NCBI GenBank assembly: GCA_963921275.4
Contig: OZ001293.3
Coordinates: 608,001 to 672,000 of the forward strand
Reading direction: 5' to 3'
Length of the DNA stretch: 64,000 nt
DNA from: an uncultured Hormoscilla sp.
GTDB taxonomy: Bacteria; Cyanobacteriota; Cyanobacteriia; Cyanobacteriales; Desertifilaceae
Below the pieces are notes generated by a model. It searched no databases. It was not told the DNA's origin and saw only the letters and a list, made by a program, of their open reading frames with translations. Both the position numbers and the translations under genes were made by a program. Shown in pieces: positions 46,057 through 56,672 of this stretch (positions within the stretch are counted from its first letter, which is position 1; the number at the start of each line of letters is the position of its first letter).

Positions 46057-46527
46057 ATGCACTCAGCAACCAAAAACTCAATGGGTAAAATAACCACAAG
46101 TATAGTCATCACCAATCGTGCAGACCAAGCGATCGCATCTCGGGGCTTTATGCCTGCGGGGGATGTGCGGAAGATCGATCTTAACGATGTTCTGGTGGAT
46201 ACGGGAGCAACTACTCTCTGTTTGCCACCAGAGGCGATCGCTCAATTGGGGCTAGAACTGCTAAAGGAAGTAGATGTAAAGACTGCCACGGGTCTCAGTA
46301 AAGCCCGTATTTTTCGGGATGCCACTATTTCTCTACTCGGGCGAGAGGGGACTTTTGAGTGTTTGGAAGTTCCTGGTGGCAGCGATCCTTTATTAGGAGT
46401 GATTCCCCTGGAGGCTTTAGGGATCGAACTCGACCTGCAAAACCAACAGTTAAAAGTATTGCCTATGAACTCCAGTCAGACTTATCTGACGATTCTGCCA
46501 GTGGTAGTTAAGAGAACATCGTTCTAA
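46057..46527 (+). CDS. Retropepsin-like (clan AA) aspartyl protease
   Basis: VLVDTGATTL and LLGVIPLEALG. Confidence 0.85.
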   Translation: MHSATKNSMGKITTSIVITNRADQAIASRGFMPAGDVRKIDLNDVLVDTGATTLCLPPEAIAQLGLELLKEVDVKTATGLSKARIFRDATISLLGREGTFECLEVPGGSDPLLGVIPLEALGIELDLQNQQLKVLPMNSSQTYLTILPVVVKRTSF

Positions 46528-46665
46528 CCACAGAAACCCGGTTTCTTGACCGACGCTATAGGCATCGCCCTTGAAAAATTTTAAATTTCTTAATAAAAAT
46601 CTGTCAAGATCGTGGTAAGGTATCCATGATTGATAATCGTTTATAGACAGAGGTAGCAAATTACC

Positions 46666-46881
46666 ATGACGAAAGAAAGATACGATTGCCTTTGCTGCAA
46701 CCCCCTGATCCGTGACTTGTTATCATATGTGCTATCGACTAAAGATGGCGCTAAGAAGCTTGGTGACGTGTCAACATTGGCCGATCGCGTTAGCCAGGGC
46801 CGCAAAAAATCTGCTGCTGCTGTGAGCCAAGACACGACAGTGTTTGCGAACGCCAATATACTGACTCATTCGGGAGGATGA
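46666..46881 (+). pseudogene. Possible amidohydrolase N-terminal remnant
   Basis: Cys-rich leader, then DTTVFANANILT and a stop. Confidence 0.35.
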
Positions 46882-47059
46882 GGGAAAAGATTATTGTCTG
46901 TATGAAGCAGAAAGATGTCAGAACAGTTGCTACTTAGTCAGGGCAAGTCAGGTTAGGCGATCGCCCGAAAAGTTAACATTTATTCACAAAAACAACTGCG
47001 GTAAAGTAGAAAAAGGCTTAACCCCAGAGGTAGCAGCGCAAACAGAGAGGGGCCATTAG

Positions 47060-47262
47060 TCTGGAAGAATATAAAACATTTTATCGGAGTTGGCGGATTC
47101 CCGATCGCGCTGCGCTGCAGCCATGGAATTAGCGGCGGAAATTTTTCCCAAGTTAGACCTAGATGATGACGGCGGTATAAGCAAAAAGGAATTTATGGTA
47201 CTGATATGGCAATTCCATCACAGCGATGACCCAGATGGAAACTTATTTTTTGGTCCCTATTA
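47060..47262 (+). pseudogene. EF-hand protein remnant
   Basis: IFPKLDLDDDGGISKKEF...GNLFFGPY stop, with no intact start. Confidence 0.55.
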
Positions 47263-47400
47263 AATAGGGTGACAGCGTGATAGCGAAGCTGGCGTCGGGA
47301 TGCTAGGGAGTCGGTTAAGAAACCGGGTTTCTCTGGTCACAACCTTGATATCTTGTTGATAACTACAGTAGAAACCCGGTTTATGAGAATACTCGATGTC

Positions 47401-49266
47401 CTAGGAAGCAGAACAATGATAACGTCGATATCGATAGCCCGCCACTCGCGCAATGGTTTTTTTGTCTTTAATACAACCTTGGGCTTTAATCTTGACAGAG
47501 GCCGAGAAATTGACCACCCATAATTCTAAAGGTTTGGGTAGTTTATCCAGGGTTTGCTGAAGAGTTTGGGTAGCAACTAGGGGGTCATCCTCTTTGTGTG
47601 CTAAGAGAAAGTTAATCCTGGCGTGTACTTGACGATCGGTCCGCGGACGGCCCGAAAAATCGAGATGAGTGAGTTCCCAGGCTAACCCCATCATTTCTCC
47701 AGTTTGTTCGTGGGTTTTGTGGACAGTGGCAATGAGGACGGGAACTTCTAAATTGCTAGTTTCGAGAATGTCTGCAACTACAAGGTCCGGTCGATCGGGC
47801 TTTTGATAGGCGAGGTTGGTAACTACTGTCAGCCCCCCTATGAGTCCCGCAAGCAAAATTATTGCTACCCCTCGCTGAGATAAAAAGCCCGCGCAGGCGG
47901 GCTTCGTTCCTGTAGCCCCACCCTTTAGGGTGGGGCTATGGGTGGGGGTATGGATGATTTCTCCCTGAGATAAAAAGCCCGCGCAGGCGGGCTTCGTTCC
48001 TGTAGCCCCACCCTTTAGGGTGGGGGTGGGGGCGGGGGTGGGGGTATGGGTGTGGGTATGGGTGGGGGGGTGCCAAAAGCTGGCAAAGCTACTGGCGAGG
48101 AGGGCGATCGCGGCGGGGAAGTAGACAAATTGGTAGCGGGCAACTAGAGTTAAATCAATGCCCAGACCGTAAGTGAGTCCGAGAATGAGGGAGATCGCCC
48201 CTATAAGGAAGCCGCCCAAAACCCGCATGATGAAACCATGCTGACTAATTTTGATTCCTTTAATAAAAAATCGGACTGTCAAAGACAGCAAAAACAGGAC
48301 TGCAAATATGGAGATGATAATAACAGGTAAAGTTTGTCCTTCCACGGGCATGATGAACAGCATAGTAGTTGTCCAAGCCAAAATTCTCCCCAAGGGTGCG
48401 AGAAAATTCCCGAGAGAATGGCTATGATAAATCCATCTTGTCAGCTTGCTACCGGGAATGTTCTGCCACACGGGTAACCAGACCAAAACCCCGATGGCAG
48501 TTCCCGCAGCAGTTGCGCCAACTCGCGCCCAATGTGGGTAGTCTCGATGTCTAATTAGCAGATAAAATATTACCAAACTTTCAGCAGCGAGGACGAGGAT
48601 AAAGAAGTAATGCACGGCCATACCCAAGCTGTTAATGCTAACCCAGGTTAATATTAACCAAATGGGACATGAGATGTGCAATTTAACAGCTTGGGTGGCG
48701 AGGATCAGGCAACTGAGAGAGGCGATAATCAACAAAATTGCCAGAGTGTAATGGCGGGCTTCTTGTGCTAAATAGATGCCATAGGGGGAAACGGCCATTA
48801 ATGCTGCTGCCAGGTGACAAACTTTCAGGGCACGAAAGGCTAACCAACTTAATCCAAACATGGCCGGAATGGAAATTATCCCCAGCAGGACACTTAGCGA
48901 TCGGGCCCCCCAGAGAGATACCAATTCTCCAGGAAATAGCTGCAACCAGAGATGATTGAGCATAAAGTATACTGGCGGATGATTAGTTTCACTCATCAGG
49001 TGATGAACGACTGCGCCCACATCAGTAACTGGGTGGAGTTTTAATGGTGCCAAAAGGCTATCTAAGGCAATCACTTGGTCCAGGGGCACAGTTCTGAAAC
49101 CGTGACCGAGACTGAAAACTAGGGTAGAAAATTCATCTGCCCATGGGGGTTTTTCTCCTAGATTTGTCAAGCGTAAAATAGCCGCGATCGCCATCCACCC
49201 TAGCAGCACAAGTAAATGAAATTGTACTTTTTCTTGATTCTTCATTTTTAATAATTTATTGTTCAT
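47401..49266 (-). CDS. Glycosyltransferase family 39-like (GT-C) membrane protein with in-frame repeat insertions
   Basis: WADEFST, NHPPVYF, AQEARHYTL, multiple TM segments. Confidence 0.85.
   Translation of the reverse strand: MNNKLLKMKNQEKVQFHLLVLLGWMAIAAILRLTNLGEKPPWADEFSTLVFSLGHGFRTVPLDQVIALDSLLAPLKLHPVTDVGAVVHHLMSETNHPPVYFMLNHLWLQLFPGELVSLWGARSLSVLLGIISIPAMFGLSWLAFRALKVCHLAAALMAVSPYGIYLAQEARHYTLAILLIIASLSCLILATQAVKLHISCPIWLILTWVSINSLGMAVHYFFILVLAAESLVIFYLLIRHRDYPHWARVGATAAGTAIGVLVWLPVWQNIPGSKLTRWIYHSHSLGNFLAPLGRILAWTTTMLFIMPVEGQTLPVIIISIFAVLFLLSLTVRFFIKGIKISQHGFIMRVLGGFLIGAISLILGLTYGLGIDLTLVARYQFVYFPAAIALLASSFASFWHPPTHTHTHTPTPAPTPTLKGGATGTKPACAGFLSQGEIIHTPTHSPTLKGGATGTKPACAGFLSQRGVAIILLAGLIGGLTVVTNLAYQKPDRPDLVVADILETSNLEVPVLIATVHKTHEQTGEMMGLAWELTHLDFSGRPRTDRQVHARINFLLAHKEDDPLVATQTLQQTLDKLPKPLELWVVNFSASVKIKAQGCIKDKKTIARVAGYRYRRYHCSAS
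47875..48025. repeat. Two REP-like palindromes (90-bp period) translated in frame
   Basis: AGCCCGCGCAGGCGGGCTT...CCCTTTAGGG twice. The same element is at 13322, 53198 and 60369. Confidence 0.85.
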
Positions 49267-49383
49267 AACTTACCCATAATCACCATAGTAATTGCCCACC
49301 TTACGCTTAGTGGTTTGGGTTGAATGCTAGTAAAACCCAACCATCTGGTATCGAGAAAACTCTTCTCCATTAGCAATTAGCAA

Positions 49384-51015
49384 TTAGCCAATTGGTGTAA
49401 CTTTCCAGAGTCTAATCTTACGTCTTTTATAAGACATGTCCCAGAGATGCAACAATTCTACATGATAATTTTCATGTTGCATCAGGATAGCTGGTAATGG
49501 TTCCTCTCGCCTCACCGTTAGCAAAAAGATATCGCTGAACCCGCGACCATCGAACTGGTGCAGGTTCTCGGGCAGAAATCCCTGAATTCGCGCCTCCGGT
49601 TTCAGCAAATAACTCAAAGACATCAGGCGACTTTGAGTTGTATTTAAGGTAATATCTCCAATTAACAGCGGTGACGGTGCTTGGTTAACTATGGCCGCTA
49701 TGCGATCGTTATAATAGTCAGTATACTTAGTCCAAGCAGTCTGGGAGTGAGAAATTAACACCCCCGAAGTTACTCCCGAAGCAATCACGATCAGCATCAC
49801 CAACTTCCAGAATTGACGTGTTATCCGAGAACGGTCGGCGATCTTAGAGGCGAAGAGATAAGCAACAGCTAACTGAATGGACAAATAACAGGGAATCAGA
49901 TATCTGCCAATACTGGTGCGCTGTCCTCCGAAGATGATATCTGGTAAGAGGAGGGGAAACACTGTTCCGGCCATCAACATTAAGACAAATGTCCAAATTC
50001 GCTTTTGCCGACATAGCCAATAGATAGCATAGCAGACTAGGGCGAGGATGAAAATAATATAGTAGGTGAGGGGTCGGTCTAATGCCATTCTAAAGGTAAA
50101 GGGATCTTCCCGATCCCGAAACTCGACAAAGTTACTCACCAAGTTTAAGATCCAGAAGCAGATGACATACATGTTTTTGGCCTTTTTTCCCGTCCACTCC
50201 ATCCCTGACTGGATATTACCGAAATAGATGGCTATTACTAAACCCCAAGGCAGAAACACTAAGATCGCTGCTACCAAGGCTAGTAAATATTGTTTCACAA
50301 TTTGGGTGAGGCGCCACCCTTCCGTGTAAATTAGATAAACTGCTTGGGCGATCGCCACCAAGGCAGAAAACATATATGTATAGAAACCCATTGCTAAGCT
50401 GAGGGCGTAAATGCCCCAACTGACAGTAGTTTGGCGGGCCATGGCCGATAAGAGGGCGGCGCTGGAGAATAAAATCGTCAGAGTCCACAAACTATATTCT
50501 CGCACTTCCTGGGCGTATAATATCTGAAAAGGGGAAATTGCCAGCAGACCAGCAGCTATTCCTGCCGTTGTGTGGGAAGCAAACAATGAGTAGCATAGCC
50601 AATAGATAGCCGGAATGGCTAGCAAGTTAATCAGGACAGGCAAACTTCTTCTGACAAACAGGGAATCCCCAAATAGTTGCTGCCAAAACCGCCCGATGGT
50701 AAAGTAAAGCGGCGCATGTTCTGGGGCTTCTACCACTAAAGAATGCAGGGTATCGGATAAAGTCCGATCAGGAGTAAGGTGCTGAAAATGTTGAAAATAG
50801 GCCGGACTGTGGATTTCACAGTTAAAAAGCTGCCGATCGACCTCTTCTTGAGTGTAACCGGCCATGCGGAACGAACTAATGATCTCGTCACCCCAGCAAA
50901 CCTTCTGGTCGAGATTGGCAAACCGAAACCAAACTCCTAGAATCAAGAGTAGGACGATGGCAAACTGTAAAGGCGAGAGTCGCCAATTTGTTTGCTGGAT
51001 CCACTTCCAGTTCAT
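49384..51015 (-). CDS. Glycosyltransferase family 39-like (GT-C) membrane protein
   Basis: WGDE, EHAPLYF, YAQEVREYSL. Confidence 0.85.
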   Translation of the reverse strand: MNWKWIQQTNWRLSPLQFAIVLLLILGVWFRFANLDQKVCWGDEIISSFRMAGYTQEEVDRQLFNCEIHSPAYFQHFQHLTPDRTLSDTLHSLVVEAPEHAPLYFTIGRFWQQLFGDSLFVRRSLPVLINLLAIPAIYWLCYSLFASHTTAGIAAGLLAISPFQILYAQEVREYSLWTLTILFSSAALLSAMARQTTVSWGIYALSLAMGFYTYMFSALVAIAQAVYLIYTEGWRLTQIVKQYLLALVAAILVFLPWGLVIAIYFGNIQSGMEWTGKKAKNMYVICFWILNLVSNFVEFRDREDPFTFRMALDRPLTYYIIFILALVCYAIYWLCRQKRIWTFVLMLMAGTVFPLLLPDIIFGGQRTSIGRYLIPCYLSIQLAVAYLFASKIADRSRITRQFWKLVMLIVIASGVTSGVLISHSQTAWTKYTDYYNDRIAAIVNQAPSPLLIGDITLNTTQSRLMSLSYLLKPEARIQGFLPENLHQFDGRGFSDIFLLTVRREEPLPAILMQHENYHVELLHLWDMSYKRRKIRLWKVTPIG

Positions 51016-51321
51016 AGATGTAAAATCAAAGAGATTGCTCTGTTAGCTTACAATTAAATGCGAGTCTTGTCTATAATGTAATGGCACTGACTTAACTTGT
51101 CATTGCGAGGGGGGATCCCAAACCGGCAAAAGTGGGAAGCGACCGCCATCAGACCCCCCGAAGCAATCTCCCCTGTCTAGCTCTCTAGGAGATTGCTAGC
51201 CCTCCTGCGTCGGGCCGCTGCGAAGGCCGGGGGGAGGTTGATTCTACAGCATATGTTAACCCAACAACCGCCCCCCTCGCAATGACATAAAAGAGTATGT
51301 GTTCGCTGAAGTTAGTGACAT

Positions 51322-53130
51322 TTGTCTATAATGATTATGCTGTCCGATCCGAATTATGGCAATCCGCGATGGCGCGATTGCCATTCACCATTCACCATTA
51401 TTACCATGTTATTGACGCGCCTGCACAAGTTGATTACTACGCCAACTGCGAAAACCCCTCGCGGCCAGTCGATCTTTTGGTTCGGCCTCAGCTTGACATT
51501 TGCCCTTATTTATGCATGGTTGGGGTTACGCAAAGCCTTTAGCGGCGAGTATGTAGTGCAGGATGATGCGCGACAACATGTATTCTGGATGGTACGATTT
51601 CTCGATCCGCAGTTGTTTCCCAATGATTTGATTGCTGATTATTTTCAGTCAGTGGCACCAGCAGGATATACTAAGGTTTACCGCCTTGCTGCAGATGTGG
51701 GCATCAATCCTTTATTATTCAATAAACTGCTGCCCCCGGTGCTGGGTTTAATCATTACTGGTTATTGCTTTGGTCTTTGTTTGGAGATTTTTCCTATCCC
51801 CGCTGCTGGGTTTATCGCTACATTGCTGTTCAACCAACATATGGGGTTTAAGGAAGATGTAATTTCGGCAACTCCCAGGGCTTTTGCCTATCCATTATTA
51901 CTGGCATTTTTGTATTATCTATTACGAGGAAAGTTGTTGCCCACCCTAGGGGCGATCGCCCTGTTAGGACTATTCTACCCTCAAGTCTTGCTCATCTGTG
52001 TCCTAATCCTGGTGCTGCGCTTGCTAGACTGGGAAAATGGTCAACTGAGGTTTTCTCAACAACGGTCGGATTATATTTTCTGTGCTGCGGGGTTAGGAGT
52101 AACTTGTTCGATCCTATTGCCCTTCGTCTTCAGTACCTCTGAATATGGACCGGTTATCGCCGTAGCTGAAGCCAAAACATTACCGGAATTTTGGTCCAAA
52201 GGACGCAGTATTTTCTTCCGGGAAGATCCTTGGGAGTTTTTCCTATTTGGCGGTCGCAGCGGCATGTTTCCCAAAGCTATATTAACTCCAGTTACCCTCT
52301 GTGTGGGATTATTGTTACCCTTGCTGCTGGCCTTTAGCAGTCGTTTTCCTTTAGCAAAGCAGCTGCGGAGTGGCATCAAAATTTTACCGCAAATGCTGCT
52401 GGCCTCGATCGCCCTTTTTTGTGCTGCCCACGCCCTGCTGTTCAAACTGCATTTACCCAGTCGCTACACCAGTTATAGCTTTCGAGTTATCATCGTCTTA
52501 GCAAGTGCGATCGCCTTCGTCCTGATCCTGGACGCCCTGTTAAGCTGGGCCCAGCAGGGAACATTCCCCCGCCAAATAATAGCATGGGTAACAGTTGCGC
52601 TCGTCAGTATTAGCCTTCTGTACTATCCCAGCTTTGTCAAAAGCTTCCCCAAAGCTTCTTACAAACATGGAAAATTACCAGAACTGTATCAATTCTTTAG
52701 GCAGCAACCCAAAGACATTTTAATTGCGTCCATCGCGGAAGAAACCGATCTCCTACCCAGCTTTACCCAGCGATCGGTTTTAGTAGCCAGAGAATATGCC
52801 ATTCCCTATCAACTGGGCTACTACCGCCAGTTTCGCCAGCGTCTGCTTGACTTAGTCCGCGCACAATACAGTCCCGACTTAGCAGAAGTCCAAAAATTCA
52901 TTCAGACTTATGGAGTAGACTTCATTTTACTAGATCCTGGAGCCCTAACACCAGAATATCTTTATCATAAGAGACAACGCTGGATTATCAAACTGCAACC
53001 TACTCAAGCAGCCCTCGATCGCATGAAACAGGAAAAACCCCCAGCTTTAGCCAAAGTAATGAACAGCTGTCAGGCTTTCCAGACTCAGGAAATGGTTGTC
53101 CTCGACGCCAACTGTATCCTGAAGCAATGA
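51322..53130 (+). CDS. Polytopic membrane protein, probable GT-C fold
   Basis: VQDDARQHVFW, many TM segments, located among GT genes. Start uncertain. Confidence 0.65.
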   Translation: MSIMIMLSDPNYGNPRWRDCHSPFTIITMLLTRLHKLITTPTAKTPRGQSIFWFGLSLTFALIYAWLGLRKAFSGEYVVQDDARQHVFWMVRFLDPQLFPNDLIADYFQSVAPAGYTKVYRLAADVGINPLLFNKLLPPVLGLIITGYCFGLCLEIFPIPAAGFIATLLFNQHMGFKEDVISATPRAFAYPLLLAFLYYLLRGKLLPTLGAIALLGLFYPQVLLICVLILVLRLLDWENGQLRFSQQRSDYIFCAAGLGVTCSILLPFVFSTSEYGPVIAVAEAKTLPEFWSKGRSIFFREDPWEFFLFGGRSGMFPKAILTPVTLCVGLLLPLLLAFSSRFPLAKQLRSGIKILPQMLLASIALFCAAHALLFKLHLPSRYTSYSFRVIIVLASAIAFVLILDALLSWAQQGTFPRQIIAWVTVALVSISLLYYPSFVKSFPKASYKHGKLPELYQFFRQQPKDILIASIAEETDLLPSFTQRSVLVAREYAIPYQLGYYRQFRQRLLDLVRAQYSPDLAEVQKFIQTYGVDFILLDPGALTPEYLYHKRQRWIIKLQPTQAALDRMKQEKPPALAKVMNSCQAFQTQEMVVLDANCILKQ

Positions 53131-53232
53131 ACAATTGTGGGTTGTCAGTTGTGGGTTGTCAATTGTGGGTTGGGTACATCCCAATGCAAGTAATTAGGCC
53201 CGCGCAGGCGGGCTAAGTTCAAGTAGCCCCAC

Positions 53233-53319
53233 CCGTGTCTCCTGGGAGTTCGATGTTCCCCGAGAGCGCTACTCGCACTACCCGGGGAACATCGTAGTCG
53301 CACTACCCAGGAGACACGG
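53233..53319. repeat. Nested palindromic short dispersed repeat (inverted copy at 62978-63064)
   Basis: CCGTGTCTCCTGGG...CCCAGGAGACACGG enclosing CGATGTTCCCCG...CGGGGAACATCG. Confidence 0.8.
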
Positions 53320-53404
53320 TCTCCTCGTTTCCAGGCGGAGCCGTGGGAACGGGTGAGGGCGTGGCAGGGCGTGGTAGCTGTTGGTTTTTCATTCCAATTA
53401 ACTC

Positions 53405-54064
53405 TCAAGGGGATAACTTAATTATACCTCTGCCCAAAGGAAATTTTAACTCCTGGAAGCGAAAATTTATCCCCACGATCGTCCCTCCGAAAATATTTAG
53501 TTCTAGCTCCTCTGTTAAGGAAATTTTAACACCAATCAGCGGCGTCTGGAAAATTAAACGCCAGGGAGCGAGTGAAAACTTAAAGTTAAAAATGCCATCC
53601 CAATCTTTCCCGATCGCGGTCCCGGGCAAGGAAGCAGTAACTCCCGCATAATTAATAATTCTGGCAACATAGCTATTGGAGTTCGGTCCGGGCCAAAGCA
53701 AATATCTATTCCGGGAGATATAATTCTCAGCATGCTCGTGGAGAGTAGCAATAATTTTTTTCGCAGCAACTCCATCCCAGGTTTGCACCATAAAACTGGG
53801 ACCGCCACCTATTTCACTCAAAGGAGCCATCAGATTAACATGTAAATGACCGTAAGCTTTTTGTCTGGTATTTTTGGGCTGACTAAAAGCTTTTCGCCAT
53901 TGCCAAACTTCCCACCTTTCCCATTGGCTATTCTCACCAGAAGAGACAACAAAATACAGGTGAACCGCCAACAGTCCGATGCTCGGTAGAGGTGCTGCTC
54001 TCAGATGTACTGTCGGCACAGCAGGAGGTTGCTTGTAAAGTTCGTTCTCTTGTATATCGTTCAT
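53405..54064 (-). CDS. DUF3750-like protein
   Basis: AVHLYFVV, WERWEV, YLLWPGPNSNSY, LPGTAIGKDW. Confidence 0.75.
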   Translation of the reverse strand: MNDIQENELYKQPPAVPTVHLRAAPLPSIGLLAVHLYFVVSSGENSQWERWEVWQWRKAFSQPKNTRQKAYGHLHVNLMAPLSEIGGGPSFMVQTWDGVAAKKIIATLHEHAENYISRNRYLLWPGPNSNSYVARIINYAGVTASLPGTAIGKDWDGIFNFKFSLAPWRLIFQTPLIGVKISLTEELELNIFGGTIVGINFRFQELKFPLGRGIIKLSP

Positions 54065-54133
54065 TTTCTAGCCTTTTTTGAGGAGTAATTCTAAGCCCAA
54101 GACAATAGCAGCGATCGTGCCAGAGACACGAAT

Positions 54134-54646
54134 TTATCCTTTGAATATCTGCCTTACCTCTGCTACTAGAATTAATACTACTTCAATATCTTCGGTTATG
54201 TCAAGTTGTTGTTCGCAAAACTTAGCAACATTTTCAGTCAGAAAGACATGAATGAGATTTGTGTCCTTGACAGGGTTATCATAAAGAGTGGCCAGTTTAA
54301 TCAGTTGCGGGGCGACATAACCAGTTTCTTCTCGAAGCTCTCTGGCGGCAGCAGATGCACCGGTTTCCCGCTCTGGGTAAAAATGGCCAGCGGGAAGCTC
54401 TAACAAAATTTCCCCTACCCCATATCTGTATTGGCGGACGAAAACAATTTCTTGGACCTGAGTAATAGGAAGCACGAGAGCAACATCGGGTCGAATCGTG
54501 ATAAAATAGTCATCGATAACCTGGCCATTAGGTAACTGGATTTCATCTTGCCTGACTTGGTACCACGGGTTGTCAAAAACCAGGCGGGATTGCAAAATAT
54601 TCCACTTTTTGATTTCTTTCATGGGAGAAGTGCCCGGCAGTATCAC
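54134..54646 (-). CDS. NUDIX hydrolase (ADP-ribose pyrophosphatase-like), possibly C-terminally shortened
   Basis: RQYRY...LELPAG...AARELREETG. Confidence 0.88.
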   Translation of the reverse strand: MILPGTSPMKEIKKWNILQSRLVFDNPWYQVRQDEIQLPNGQVIDDYFITIRPDVALVLPITQVQEIVFVRQYRYGVGEILLELPAGHFYPERETGASAAARELREETGYVAPQLIKLATLYDNPVKDTNLIHVFLTENVAKFCEQQLDITEDIEVVLILVAEVRQIFKG

Positions 54647-54968
54647 TTAACATGGGTGATAATATATTATCGCGCTATGTCAAGTGATACTGGCTCGTCG
54701 TCAGCCATTGTGGCACGAAACGCGATATAATAGCATAGGGACGGGACTTGTCCCGCCTGCATTCCGCTATAATCGGAGATATCCCTGTTCGGAGGTAAAT
54801 CACCTCCAAACAGAGATCGGAGGTAAATCACCTCCAAACAGAGAGAAAACTCCCCCTTACAGGGGTATGTTTTTTATATTTTGGTTTGTTTGAAGGGGTG
54901 AGGGGGTGAGGGGGTGAGGGGGTGAGGGGGTATAAAAGGTAAATAAACTGAGTCTAATATAGATAATT

Positions 54969-55475
54969 ATGACCAAAAGGCAGCTCCCACTCCCCCACTC
55001 TCCCACTCAGTTGGATCTGGTAAAAATTAAAAACATACCCTTGAAAGGGACTCCCCCCCAGGTAGTCCGAGACGCAAAAAACTCTGGAAGTGAAAAGAAA
55101 ACTCCTGCTGTGTTAGAACAGATTTTGTTAGTTGTTTCTCTAGGTCTGATGCCCCCTACTGCACTTTCGGTGTGGATGATGTATAAAGTAGAGGGGCAGA
55201 AGCAACAACGGGTGGTATCGGCGATGGAAATACTCACCCCACCGATGATGCGATCGCTCGCTGAAGAGCCGCAAAGCATTCTGGAAATGCCACCGCCAGT
55301 ACCTCAGATCCCCTCGGAGCATCATTATATAGAGGGTATAGGTCTACTGATTGGGGATGTCACTTGCTACTATAATGCCCGTTCTGCTTACATCCGCTGC
55401 GCGGTGAATCCCGAAGGGCCATGTGAAAATTGCCCCCATTACCAACCCACTGAGGATAAGGACTGGAAGCATTGA
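54969..55475 (+). CDS. DUF6464-like protein
   Basis: IGDVTCYYNARSAYIRCAVNPEGPCENC. Confidence 0.75.
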   Translation: MTKRQLPLPHSPTQLDLVKIKNIPLKGTPPQVVRDAKNSGSEKKTPAVLEQILLVVSLGLMPPTALSVWMMYKVEGQKQQRVVSAMEILTPPMMRSLAEEPQSILEMPPPVPQIPSEHHYIEGIGLLIGDVTCYYNARSAYIRCAVNPEGPCENCPHYQPTEDKDWKH

Positions 55476-56671
55476 AAGGTTTTTCTGGTCAAGTCGGTAT
55501 TTTGGCAGCGGGTCGCTGCTTATCCCAAATTGGCAATGGATTTACCATATTCTACGCCCCCATCTTGTTCGTGAATCAGCTGGGTTTATCGGCGACGGCG
55601 GTGGGAATAGGTATCGGTAGCGGTGCCATCTCTGGGGTGCTCGGTCGCTTCTTAGGAGGAACCTTCGCGGACTCTCCATTGGTGGGACGGCGAGGTACGC
55701 TTTTGCTTTCAGCGGCAATTTCTGCATTAGCCGACCTGGTGTTTATCTGCACCCATAACTTGCCCATCTTTATGATTGGTAACTTGTTGATGGGTTTGGG
55801 AATTGGTCTTTACTGGCCTGCAACAGAAGCAGCAGTGGCAGATATGACAACCGATGGGCAGCGTAACGAAACATTTGCCATTATGCGGCTGGCAGATAAT
55901 CTCGGCTTGTGGATGGGAGTGGTGTTGGGAGGGGCCTTGATGGCAGCTGCTGTCAATTATCGAGTTTTGTTTGCGATCGATGGCATCTCATTTGTGATTT
56001 TCTTTGGCATAGTGTATGGGGCGATCGCGGAAACAGGGGACTTCAGCAAGCATGACAGCAACCAGAGACTAAAGGGTTGGGTGGTAGCATGGCGCGATCG
56101 GCCTCTAATGATATTCCTTGTAGTCAATATCCTGTGTACCACCTACCTGTCTCAATTACAAAGTACGCTACCCCTGTATCTGAGCAATTTCGTCAGCGGA
56201 TTCGATCCGAAAATCATCAGTGGTTTGTTCGCCTGGTATATTGTCTTTGTCGCCCTGTGTCAATTACCTGTTGCCCGGTGGCTGAATCGTTTTAGCCGTC
56301 CCCAAGCCTTAGGAATTTCTTTACTGCTATGGGAAGTAGGTTTTAGGTTAATTTGGGTTACAGGAGTGATGGGTGGGGTAATTTGGGCAATTTTGGCACT
56401 CTCAATCATGGGGTTAGCTACTGCTGCTTATACGCCATCTGCGTCTGCCCTCGTCGCCGACTTAGCCCCTCCATCTCTGCGGGGAATATACATGTCGCTC
56501 AACGCTCAATGTTGGGCGATCGGGTATTTCATCGGTCCGTCCTTGGGGGGCTGGGCCCTAGATCGATCGCGTTTGATTGCCGATGGTTTCTGGTTAGTAG
56601 CCGCAGTCAGCGTCGGCATTGGCATGCTGATTTTACAATATCTCCAGGGACTGCTGCCGTTAAAGAATTAA
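55472..56671 (+). CDS. MFS transporter
   Basis: Multi-TM pattern, GTFADSPLVGRR motif A. Tandem paralog of the next gene. Confidence 0.88.
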   Translation: MKGFSGQVGILAAGRCLSQIGNGFTIFYAPILFVNQLGLSATAVGIGIGSGAISGVLGRFLGGTFADSPLVGRRGTLLLSAAISALADLVFICTHNLPIFMIGNLLMGLGIGLYWPATEAAVADMTTDGQRNETFAIMRLADNLGLWMGVVLGGALMAAAVNYRVLFAIDGISFVIFFGIVYGAIAETGDFSKHDSNQRLKGWVVAWRDRPLMIFLVVNILCTTYLSQLQSTLPLYLSNFVSGFDPKIISGLFAWYIVFVALCQLPVARWLNRFSRPQALGISLLLWEVGFRLIWVTGVMGGVIWAILALSIMGLATAAYTPSASALVADLAPPSLRGIYMSLNAQCWAIGYFIGPSLGGWALDRSRLIADGFWLVAAVSVGIGMLILQYLQGLLPLKN

Positions 56672-56672
56672 T

